A stretch of 53,873 nt of DNA from a virus (Duplodnaviria; Caudoviricetes): IMG/VR virus record IMGVR_UViG_3300025131_008632, positions 1-53,873 of that record; one strand, 5' to 3'. A program made the translations under genes and the position numbers. The notes under the pieces were generated by a model. The model saw only the letters and a list, made by a program, of their open reading frames with translations. It was not told the DNA's origin and did not search any database. Each line of letters starts with the position of its first letter. The stretch's first letter is position 1. Below, piece after piece: positions 9,505 through 20,100 of this stretch.

Positions 9505-10752
9505 CTAGAAGTCTAGTCGTATCCTCATTGTGATGTCTTTCTCATCATTCTTTTCAACAGGCCTGCTTAACTTAGCAACTGCTAGTAAGTTATTTCTAGC
9601 ATCATATAAGCCTATTGTAGTAATAAATGAGAATGCACGTTGTGTCACCTCTTCACCTTCATCAATAACTCTAATACGACCTGTACTGTCTGTGAATGTT
9701 GGATTAGAAGAGTAGTTAAACTCATCAGCAGTTGCCCTGCAGAATATTAGTGTTGAGTTAATATTTGTGACATTTTGGAATGTCATAGCTGTAAGTGAGC
9801 CTGAGCTGAATCTAGTCGCACAAATATGATCAAGAATATTATCCATGCTTGCTGACACAATGAAGTCAGGAATAAATTTAGCAAATACGTTCCCACCTAC
9901 ACCGCCTATTGTTGATTGTCCAACAGCGGCATCATTATATGCAGTAGCGTTCATCGAATCAATAGTTCCTGAGACTTTTTGACTTGCTGACATAACTTTA
10001 GTCATATCTAGCACTACAATTCCTTGATCATAAAAGATCGTCCCAACTTTATTAGCTGTGTCAGCAGAGTTGACAAGGTTACCAACCTCACCACCAACAG
10101 CCATTTCTCTTGCAGTAGCAGATCCGACATCTGTGTAGATTGCTGAGCCTGAAACTGATGTTAAATTAAGGTTTGGCCCATCGCCATTAAAACTCAGTTG
10201 TGGTTTACCAGCATACGGTGCCCTCGATGCAGATTGAAAGAATTTCATTGCAAAAGTTTCACGCTTAATCTCATCTCTTGCAAAAAGACGTTTAAAGCAA
10301 ATAAATACAGCAGAATCTATTCCACCTGTTGATGGAGGCTGTGTTGTTCCAAAGGGGGTTGTAAACTGATATGTTGCATCCCCTAATAACATTTGTGCAA
10401 ACTGTCTGTATATGTTGATTTTTTCACGCATCATCAATGTCTGTGAAGGAAACAATAGCTTTCCTGCACTGTCAATTCCGCTAGATGCTGTCGCAACAAC
10501 ACCACTACCTGAATAAATGCCCATTGTAACATCAAATACTGGATTTGCTGTCTGCAAACTAAAGTCTTGATCGTAGACTGTTTGAAACAATGATGATGTC
10601 ACGCCGGGACCTATCCCTCCGGTAACAAAAACTTGATATTTTTTTCTTGTTGACGATCCAGAAATATCTTCTTGGATAACGTCGATCAACTGATTTAAAA
10701 CAGATCTACTTGTTTTTATATCAGCTGAAGATAACTCCTTGTAGGTTGCCAT
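9505..10752 (-). CDS. Virion structural protein, C-terminal paralog of 5412-9464
   Basis: VGTIFYDQGIVV (versus VGNIFYDEGVGI) and EFNYSSNPTF...FITTIGLYDARNNLLAVAKLSRPVEK...RLDF; lies in the structural module. Confidence 0.7.
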   Translation of the reverse strand: MATYKELSSADIKTSRSVLNQLIDVIQEDISGSSTRKKYQVFVTGGIGPGVTSSLFQTVYDQDFSLQTANPVFDVTMGIYSGSGVVATASSGIDSAGKLLFPSQTLMMREKINIYRQFAQMLLGDATYQFTTPFGTTQPPSTGGIDSAVFICFKRLFARDEIKRETFAMKFFQSASRAPYAGKPQLSFNGDGPNLNLTSVSGSAIYTDVGSATAREMAVGGEVGNLVNSADTANKVGTIFYDQGIVVLDMTKVMSASQKVSGTIDSMNATAYNDAAVGQSTIGGVGGNVFAKFIPDFIVSASMDNILDHICATRFSSGSLTAMTFQNVTNINSTLIFCRATADEFNYSSNPTFTDSTGRIRVIDEGEEVTQRAFSFITTIGLYDARNNLLAVAKLSRPVEKNDEKDITMRIRLDF

Positions 10753-10786
10753 TCTCTACTTCCTTACTAAATCCTGTTAAGATGCG

Positions 10787-11497
10787 CTAAGCTGTTTTGC
10801 TAATCTCTGCTAAAAGATTTTTTTGCGCACCTGATTGTTGACCTGTCACCTGGATATACGACCTTATTTTTGTCTTATCTCCCGCAACACCGTATGTATC
10901 AAAAAGTGTTGTTGTCAATGAAGACTTGACATTTAATGTAAATGTAAGTTTCGTTCCTCCTGTGGACTCATCCACAGAGGCATCTCTAGGTAAAATATAT
11001 GTTGCAATATTGTTTGTGTCTATGGAGACTGGACGTGCAGTTGAGCCTAATTGCATAAAAAGATTGTTGACTTCAACTCTAAAGTTTTGATCCTTAAGTT
11101 CTGACGGGACAAGTTCATCGCCGCCGATCGTCTGTTTGAGCGTGACAGTCTGAGATCTACTACTAATGATATTAAGCGAAAATGTATCAGATGTTAAGCT
11201 TTCTAGTGTAAAGCTAGGCAACCTGATCAATGTAGGCGTTGACAGTGATAAGTTCTTGTGCATTTGTGAAATATCACCGTTTGTGAGTGCCTCTAGAACA
11301 GGTGTATTTTTTATAATTTTTTCTTTTCCAACGGTCCGTCCATACTTTTGAATAATTGTATAATCAACTTCATCATCAGAAAAAGCAAACTTAACTATAT
11401 TAAAAGACCCGTCATTTCTTGCAAGAAGCTCTCTGCCCACGTCTGTTAAAACTGCATCTAGTATAACGTTGTTCGTAGATTGATCTAAAAGACCCAT
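10787..11497 (-). CDS. Virion structural protein (probable start ATG 11497, MGLLDQSTNN)
   Basis: AGGAG Shine-Dalgarno and ATATTTA motif precede ATG 11497. N-terminal ILDAVLTDVGRELLA...KFAFSDDEVDY is paralogous to the N-terminus of 23737-24978. Confidence 0.7.
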   Translation of the reverse strand: MGLLDQSTNNVILDAVLTDVGRELLARNDGSFNIVKFAFSDDEVDYTIIQKYGRTVGKEKIIKNTPVLEALTNGDISQMHKNLSLSTPTLIRLPSFTLESLTSDTFSLNIISSRSQTVTLKQTIGGDELVPSELKDQNFRVEVNNLFMQLGSTARPVSIDTNNIATYILPRDASVDESTGGTKLTFTLNVKSSLTTTLFDTYGVAGDKTKIRSYIQVTGQQSGAQKNLLAEISKTA

Positions 11498-11513
11498 AAT
11501 ATTCTCCTGGTTG

Positions 11514-11520
11514 TAAATAT
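11514..11520 (-). promoter_or_regulatory. Putative late promoter ATATTTA (context GGTATATTTA)
   Basis: 16 nt upstream of ATG 11497; the 10-mer GGTATATTTA is identical to the one upstream of the gp25-like gene. Confidence 0.62.
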
Positions 11521-11555
11521 ACCTTTCAACGTGCAAATAAGTAAAATAATTTTAT

Positions 11556-14093
11556 CTATAAGACTGGAAATGGAAGTTCGCCGCCCCTTCCCTCTACGAT
11601 CGTATCACCATCCATTCGATCGACAGCTGAAGTTTCAGGCAATGCGCCGGTTCTACTATCTTTAACATAGATATCAATTGTTGTTGACTTTTGAACGTCT
11701 GTATTTATTATATTAAGTTTATATACTGGTGTCGCACCGGATGCTTGATTATCTGATCCTTCTTTTGTCCCACCAAATTTAACAACATCACGTGTCTCAA
11801 GATCAGATGTGCCTGTATAAAAATCTCCTGTGCCTACTTGTGAAGGATCAATACCTGCAACTTGATAAAAGGGTGGGCCGAAAGCTATAGTTAGTCGATC
11901 CATTCCTGATACTTTTACTAAGCTGCTAAATTGTGAAGCATCAGTGTTATCATTGAATTGTGATTGATCATACTGTACTGTAAGGTTAAGGTTTGGATAG
12001 CATAATGGCGATCCTGAAGGCGAGATATATCTTACTACAATTGCGTTCTTCCTTATATCGAAAGATACTTCAAATTGCTGGGATAGATTAGAAGAATACC
12101 CTCTTGCATCAACAGATGTAACAGCATAAATTGATGTTGCATTTTTGTCAAAAGATGCATCAACATATCTAGTTACAGGTGCGCCCGGTGTTGATTCATA
12201 CAAATGTGGTGCCCATTGTCTTGTGTCAAACGCAGATGGTGTATACAAGAAGCTAGTGTAGTCACCAGGGTTGAAAGCATCACTAAAGTCGTACTCTTTT
12301 AACAATTCAAATGGTTTATCATAAGCATTTCCGGTGTCGACAATCTCAACACGTTGATCCATTGAACCGAGTTCAAGATCTGAGTATTCACCCATACCGG
12401 GTGGCAGGATATTCTTATTTGTATTTCTCATGACTTCTCCTGCAAATTCATCCATTGTGTGAGACCGCCTCCAGACGCGAAACTTTTTAATATCTCGCTG
12501 AGGATTTGTTGGAAAGTCCCAACTTAAAATTAGATTTTCATTTACATAATCATACAGAAAAGTTAAGTTTTGAGGTGCTGGAGGGGGGATTTTTTCTATT
12601 GCTAATGCCTCAACAAAATTTGTTCCACGACTAGCAACTAAAATTCCCACACGTGCGATTTTATCCTCTTCATGTTGAACATTTACTGCATCCATCTCAA
12701 TATAATAAACAGCCCTCACACGATAAATTACCCGAGCACCATACGGTACGTTACCATCTCTTATTTCAGTTGCAATTGTTGACCCGCTTGAACCGAACGC
12801 GCCGTCAACTTCACCAGAAGTATTTAAAACCTCAACAATCATAGCATTGTTTTTGATATTTACAGCTATACCACCCATTGAATCAGTATTGTATGACATT
12901 TTTTTGTCTATTAAAAATCCAGCGAGGCCGATTCCAGAAGCGCCGCCGCCGAAGCCTTGTCTATCATAATCAGGACCGGCGCTTGGCGGGTCTGTATAGT
13001 CTGTAAAAGTAAAACCATCATCGACGTCTGTATAGTGAACTAAGTTCTCAGCCTTTACTTGCATACCAAACTGTTTTGTGTCAGCAGAAAGATTGGTCGG
13101 ATCTGCCCGGGCAACTTCTTGAATTCCATTAAAAAAACCTAGAACTGTCGTGCCATCGCCAGAACGCACTAAATCATCTGCATAAGGTGTCTCCACGCTC
13201 AATGATGCATTATTGACTAAATCTGCTGCATGTGTATTTTTTAGCAACACATGCTGAGCAACGTGTCTAGTTTCATCAAATATATCTGAGTGATTCTGAA
13301 TCTGATCGTCTGAAATATAAGTTATGCCTTGTGTTTGAAAATTTTTCATTAAACTGGTGAGTTCTAGTTTAGCTGCAGCAATATTAGATCCTGCAGATAC
13401 GCTTCCACCAGATGTCAACCATGTACTGATCAAACCTGTAAGCTCATCAGCTGAATGGTACGACGATAAGTTGTCAATCAATCTGTTAGCTGTTTGAAGA
13501 GTGGGATCATCGTCATCTCTTGCAGAAGAGATAGCGTTTTCTAATGAAACACTTAACGATGAATTAATTACTGGCATAGACGACTTCATTTCTCTATAGA
13601 AATTTTCATCAACTTGCAAATCCTGCATTGTCAGGCCGGAATACATTTGATTTCCCATAACTTCTGCATAAATAACTCGATCTATGTGATCAGAAATATT
13701 AACTGGAACGTCTGTAATTAACTCGACTCCCAGCTTTTCAGCAACTTCTGAGATATTTGGTGCTGCCCAGTTCAATGTCATCTGTCGAGGTAGCGTAAAT
13801 CTAGCCTGAGCTAGACGTAATTCACGCTGAGCATTTATCCAGCTAGAGGTTGATCCCTCTTGAGGAATTACTATATAAGTTGCGCTTACATTGTTTTGAA
13901 CTACTGATGTGGTGGCCGGAGAGGTCGCAGTACCCGCGGTATACACAGAGCTAGTTTGTCCTGATGATGTTGCACCATTGAAAATATTTTCATCTCTGGT
14001 GTAAAAGTTATATGTAAATTCAACTGACGGTGATTGTGGTTCAGGTAAATTTACAACAAGCGCTGATTTACTTATTTCTGATACGTATCCCAT
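11556..14093 (-). CDS. Acidic virion-associated protein with fibronectin type III-like domain(s)
   Basis: PPPAPQNL...LILSWDFP...IKKFRVWRR...YVD...IYAVTSVDARGYSSNLS follows the FN3 pattern; lies in the structural module. Confidence 0.6.
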   Translation of the reverse strand: MGYVSEISKSALVVNLPEPQSPSVEFTYNFYTRDENIFNGATSSGQTSSVYTAGTATSPATTSVVQNNVSATYIVIPQEGSTSSWINAQRELRLAQARFTLPRQMTLNWAAPNISEVAEKLGVELITDVPVNISDHIDRVIYAEVMGNQMYSGLTMQDLQVDENFYREMKSSMPVINSSLSVSLENAISSARDDDDPTLQTANRLIDNLSSYHSADELTGLISTWLTSGGSVSAGSNIAAAKLELTSLMKNFQTQGITYISDDQIQNHSDIFDETRHVAQHVLLKNTHAADLVNNASLSVETPYADDLVRSGDGTTVLGFFNGIQEVARADPTNLSADTKQFGMQVKAENLVHYTDVDDGFTFTDYTDPPSAGPDYDRQGFGGGASGIGLAGFLIDKKMSYNTDSMGGIAVNIKNNAMIVEVLNTSGEVDGAFGSSGSTIATEIRDGNVPYGARVIYRVRAVYYIEMDAVNVQHEEDKIARVGILVASRGTNFVEALAIEKIPPPAPQNLTFLYDYVNENLILSWDFPTNPQRDIKKFRVWRRSHTMDEFAGEVMRNTNKNILPPGMGEYSDLELGSMDQRVEIVDTGNAYDKPFELLKEYDFSDAFNPGDYTSFLYTPSAFDTRQWAPHLYESTPGAPVTRYVDASFDKNATSIYAVTSVDARGYSSNLSQQFEVSFDIRKNAIVVRYISPSGSPLCYPNLNLTVQYDQSQFNDNTDASQFSSLVKVSGMDRLTIAFGPPFYQVAGIDPSQVGTGDFYTGTSDLETRDVVKFGGTKEGSDNQASGATPVYKLNIINTDVQKSTTIDIYVKDSRTGALPETSAVDRMDGDTIVEGRGGELPFPVL

Positions 14094-14111
14094 TTTAATC
14101 TCTCACTTTAC

Positions 14112-14118
14112 TAATTAT
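14112..14118 (-). promoter_or_regulatory. Putative late promoter ATAATTA
   Basis: 18 nt upstream of ATG 14093 in an intergenic gap. Confidence 0.58.
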
Positions 14119-14156
14119 TGGGTAAAATATTTTTACTTTAACGCTGATCGATTTCA

Positions 14157-17100
14157 TCAGGTTATATTCTCACCTTCAGCACCTGCTCTTTCCTGAGCAC
14201 TGGAAGAGTTCATAGGCACAATTGCAACGTCAACTAAGAAAGAAAACATCAAGCCCTTTGCACTAGTATATGTAGTTTCCATGATAAGCTCACCGCCGCC
14301 CTCAATCATGGTGTTTAGTATGTCATCTTCTGCTGTGGTATTATATGGTTGGAAGTCTTCTTCAGGATCAATCAAAATACAAAAAGTTCTATCAAATTTC
14401 TTAGGTAATAGTGCTTGATTTCTAAATTTGTCAGAGCTAATTGGCAATGTTCTATACATCATTGTTTGCATTGACTGCAGTTCTAAAGATGATATATCGG
14501 AAATTGCGTTACCTAGATAATCTTTCGCCCTACTCATCAAGACAAGTTTTGCTGTGTCAATTACTGACATGTAACCTGAAGTAACGCCACCTGAAATACC
14601 TAAGCTTGTAGTATAATAATCCGTTCCACCAAAACAGGAAGGGGGTCTGCGATTTTTGAGTAGTACATTCTGGTATTCTGTGAATATGGGTGGTGAGTAT
14701 GAAAGAACGCCGCCGTAATTATTTTGATTTAAAAAACATCTTTCAGTTACATTAAAACCTGACATCATCTTTATGTACTGTTTTAATATGCCGCTGTACA
14801 CCTCATTCATAACAGCTTGAGCAGCAAATCTCTCGCCAGTGCCGCTGGAAGTCGATGTGGCCTCCTTATAATACTCTCCAGAAAGTTGGTCATACACCCA
14901 CGGATCAGACTCGATGCCGTACAAAGATTCACCAATTGTCATCGAGGCGCTGTCACCGCCGCCAAAAAAATCAAGTGTAGGGTCTTGTTCGGCTGTGACT
15001 GATGTGTGTGTGCCTTGGATGGCGTGACTATAGTTATTCCAAACGTTGTTTGCCCAATCATTGACAAGTTTGTTGTCAACGTCAAAATCAAGGTTAAGGC
15101 CGGCTATTCTCTCAGATTCAACGTCTTGTGCTGCACCTAGTTCAAACTTCCTAAGCCTGATTCCAGACGAATGAAAATTATCAAGATTGGACGTTATGCC
15201 TGATTCTACTGCTATGTGATATAATCCTTTGTCGCCAGCGCCCTCCAAGTGGTCACTTACTCTTCGTTCTACTGGAGTCCTGAGAAATTTATATAGATAA
15301 CTGTCATAAGGACCATTACTCATTCCTCGTAAGTAGTCTCTAACAGCAGGTAGGTCTCCTCCTGAGATCTCAGGATCGTCTGGACTATATGCATACACTC
15401 CAACCATACCCTTTGCAAGTGAGTAATTATCTTCGCCTATCGAAGCAAGGCGTTTGTGGTAGGTGGCGGATGCATATGTCGTGTCAGCAGCGGTCGTATT
15501 AGTCTGAAGGGTGAACGGATTAATAGGCTGACCCCCTTCCCCATAAAACAACCTAGCATCATAATAAAATGTCCGAGGAGTATAGGCTATGCCGGGATTA
15601 TCATTTGACTTCTTGATCACTCTAATCCTGATCAAGCTTGAGTATGTAAAGTTAGAAGTTGTAAAAGCATCTTGTCGATATACCTGTTCATCGATTTCTG
15701 CTTTTTCTCTAAGCTCTTGAAGCATACCTGTAGGTAATCCCACCACCAATATTTTTTTATTTATATCACCTAAAAGCGGATCGACATCACCCTGCACCTT
15801 ATTTTTTGCACCATTCTGGAACCATCTAATTGCAGCATAGTTTGCTTCACTTACTGTTTCAGACGCAGGCATTAAATGTGCGTATGAAGCAGTGCCATCG
15901 ACATCATTAAATGATGCATCATTAATATTCATCATTGGTGTAGGCAATGCACTTAGGTTATTAATGTAAGCTGTACTTAGTGTAAAATTATCACAAAGAA
16001 TAGAGTAAGCAGTAGCAACAGCGTCCGGTGTCATTGAATTAAATATTGACTTAACTATTTTTCGACTTTGTTCGTCTTCATCTAAGTCGATGGTACCTGC
16101 GGTCGGGCCGGGTTCGCCGGTATCAAGGGTGCCAAAAGCATATCTTCTAAGATACTCTACAAACTCTTTGTGAGATTTGTATGTGCTTGATGTTGTGTCG
16201 CTGCCGCCAGGTTCTTGTCCTAGACTCATTCTATTATTAAGAATATCATTTACATGATTAAAAGCATTTAATATTCTAAGTATCATTAAATCTTCATTAA
16301 CTAAGCATGTTGCCATGGCGGGTATTGCTTCAAATGGTTGGTCCCAGGAAGATTCCGAATACCATTCAGAAAGTGTTGCTCCGGTCGTATTAAGTTCATA
16401 AATACCGCGAGCATCATCGAGTAAAGATGATATATCACTTTTACCATCCCAGTAGTTACCCATGTCTGCTATGTAACTTGAATAGACGCCGGCTGAACCG
16501 TAAGCCGCCCCTGAATTATTATCGTTCCAGATAGTATCACTAATTTGACTTGCAAATTCAGCACCAAACGCATTAATGCAAGATACCAAAAAGCACTGTG
16601 ATTCAACTGCATCATATCTCATTCGATAGAAGAAGCTAAACGGTGTGTTTGAAGACACATTTAGGCCTTCATTATCTGAATATCGCCAGGAATCGCTGTC
16701 TTCGTGCCCACTATTAGCAATGTATGCGCCATCATCGCCGACGACTTCCCAGTCGTCACTATCGAGAAGGGAGTTCCACACTCCGCCTGCGTCAGCAGTT
16801 GCCTTGACTTGAAATGAGTCTATGTTTGTCCCAGAATCAAAATGAATAGATGAAAGTGATCGACGAGCGACATAATGATATATCATCTGCGACATTGTCC
16901 ACCAAGTTAGCATCCTCATGGTTTCTAGACTAATATTCCTATTCCAAGTATTCACATTTGCAGTATAGTCGGAGGCACTGCCCTGCGCAAACCGTGAGGC
17001 GTCTGAAAATTGGTTTCCTTCAGATCCCGCATTAGCCTCAAGATCAACTGCCATCTGACGAACAGCATCTACATAATCATCCCATGTTTCAATTATATAA

Positions 17101-20100
17101 TCCCATATAGGTTTCATTTTACCGGCAGTGCCCTCTACACCTCTTTGCTCAATTAGGGCTGCGCCTACAGGGGTTTGCATCAAACCATATCTTGTTTTTG
17201 ACTGCCCATTTGTGTCATATTGCATATAAACAGTTGCACACCTTAATGTACTTGAACTACCAACTGTACCATGTTCAAGCTTGTAATCATTTCTATTTTT
17301 TACATAGAAGTAAGCAAGATCTGACGCAGCTTGTGTAAATCTAGGGTAAGCGAATGCAAAAGCAGCATAATAGTCTTCCCACCAAAAAGTTTCGTCATCA
17401 ATGTTCAAATATGTAACATCACCAAAGTCTGTTTCGGCGCCTTCTTCGATATCGTCTATAAGTCCTTGGACACCCTCGTATGCTGCGGAGGAGGTGGCCA
17501 TTCTGCCATATGTGCCAGTGCTCTGGAGACCGCCACCGAATTCGTAACCTGACCCAATACCGGCAGAGCCACCGTCGGATGGTCCATCCTCAAAGTCTCC
17601 GAAGTCTGGCCATTTTGGATACGAATCTCCTGCAGAATCATAGGTTTCTAATGCTTGACGGCGATATCTTAGGTAGGCTTCTAATCTTGTGTAGCCATTG
17701 GGATCATGCATGCAAGACTTGATAATGTCTAATTGAATTGTTTGCTCATATCGTTTGGGTACGAAACCCACCCTACCTGGATACTCTGAGTCGGCGGCGG
17801 AGATGCTACCAGGGTTTTCAAGTATTCTGTCAACAATATTAGCGTTGTTAATGAACTTACAAATATTTAGGCACACCGTCCTCATAAGTAGATGATTTGA
17901 TACAACTGCAGTTTGGTCTGTGACCAGAGCGATGGGCCTGCCGATGTGCCCAATCATCAAGAGGTTTCTAACAAAACTTGATAGATCTTCTTGCTTTCTC
18001 CCAAATCCTTCAGCCCATGTCTGCAATGAGTAAGCCTTTAAGACGTCAGAGTCTGAATGTGTATCTCTTTTTATAAAACTATCTGCCAAATCATTAATGT
18101 ACGCGCTATAACCGGAAATGTAATTGTTACCGTCTGTGATTTCAAATGGTAATATACGATCTTGATCCCCGGGTTCTTCAAGTGCTGAATGATAACCGCC
18201 TGGGCTACCAAAGTCAGTTGTAGATGTAAGATCTGGGTTTAAAGCAGCGCCAAAAGAATCCGGATCTCTCGTGTTGTGTCTAATATCACCCGTGTTATCT
18301 CCAATTATCTGATCAATGGCTTCCTGTATTGGTGTTGACCAAGTAATTGTCTCGTTAAATCTTCTAGCATCTTCGATTGCGCCATTTGAGTTCCAGCCTC
18401 CGTCCGTACCGCCGGACAACTTCCAGCGTGTAGACATGATAAACTCTCTATTTAAAAAGTGAAACATATAAACAAGCTGTTCGAGATGATCACTAGGCAA
18501 GGCTTCTTCATATCCCTGGGGTATAACATCCAGAAGACCATCATCGTCAGCATTAGATAATAGGCCACTTCCATAAAGCCTGTAATTTAAATCGTCTACA
18601 GTGATTCGCCCGATGTCGCCATCTTCACCCCTTGGTATAATACCCCCAATCGTTACCCAAGCCGCTCCTCCTCCGCCAGTTCCTGTCGCATTTTCTCGGG
18701 CTTGTTGAATGGAAGTTGCGCCATAGTCGCTGCCGTCTTCTGAACCCCAGCGCCCGCTGAAAGCATCGGTTTGTATTAACTCGTCAACCTGAATAACTTT
18801 AGCAGCAAAAGCTGTTGAAACAGTTGTAGCAAGATCATCAACAATAGTAAATTTATTAAATAATGAATAATCAATTGATCTGTAACCTGCGCCGGAGTGA
18901 TCAGCAGTCTGAGACATCTGATGTGACCCATCTAAAATCAATTTTCTAAGTTCTTGTAGTAACTGTATAAAGATACCTGTTTCACACAAAGTTCTATATC
19001 TGTTACTAAGATGCAACATACTAAAAAGTGATTCTAGCGTATTTCCTGCCCGGCCTGCTGCTAAACTGCCAACCCTGGAAAAGTCAGCGCCCCCTTCGGC
19101 GTCCGACATGTATGATTCATAAGAATGTTGAGACACCCTGTACTTACCCAAGACTTGGTTCCCTGTGGCTTCTTCACCCCGGACTGACGCAAGTGAACCA
19201 CGACCGACAGTTCCTCCAAAGCTAGTCGTGTAGGTGGTTGGGTCAGCACGTAATTGATTATAATTCATGCCATCTGCAAATGCTGTATCAGCAGGAAGAT
19301 TAAGCGCCCTCGACTGCATAGATTTACCCATTTGTAAACCTAGTTTGACATACATATTTCTGCTTGTCTGTGCAGCGTACCCTGCAAATATCCGTCCACC
19401 AGATTTTCTTACAGCATCCCAGTGTGATATAAGCGTATATAAAGATGGAGGTACAGCTAGCCAGTCTATATTAGAGTACGGACTTGTTGCAGGTGCCCTT
19501 TCTAGTCTAAAAACAGAGAATAAGCTATTAATGTTTGCACGTAAAAAAATTCCTGACATGATCTGCATTCTAAGTAGTTTACTAGGGCCATTACTGAAGA
19601 ATACATCACCTGCATTTATGTAGCGATTTTCTGTGGATGTCGGATCTTCTGTGTAAGTTCCAGATATATCTAATTCTGTAGGTAGGTGATCGATTACTGC
19701 AATAATTTCAGGCACCCCTTTCATCATTCCGTACTCTGTTAAAGGATCAATAGATGGTAAATTTCCATTTCTTATTGAAGAGTCAGCTGTCCTCAGTTGA
19801 ATAGCTGTGTAATCTCCCGATGGATAATCAGACGCATCGTCCCAAGGTGTAGACTCACTAAGAGAATCTGAGTATGGTGAATCAACCCAGTACACAGTCG
19901 GACCATACATATACTCAACATCTATTGTAGAGGGTTCGGTGGCGTATCCACCGGGGCCACCGCCGCCGCCGCCGCCCGGTGGATGACCATGCCCGTCGGG
20001 CATGATGATGTCTTTACCATCATAGTCATCATCACCATGACCGTGGCCTACATTATGACATAAAATATTATTTGCTGTATATGTATGTGAGTGTTCTACA

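Noticed and set aside
14122-14136. GTAAAA-TAT-TTTTAC inverted repeat as an intrinsic terminator
   Set aside because: The stem is almost all A/T and has no U-tract on the coding strand, so it is too weak to call.
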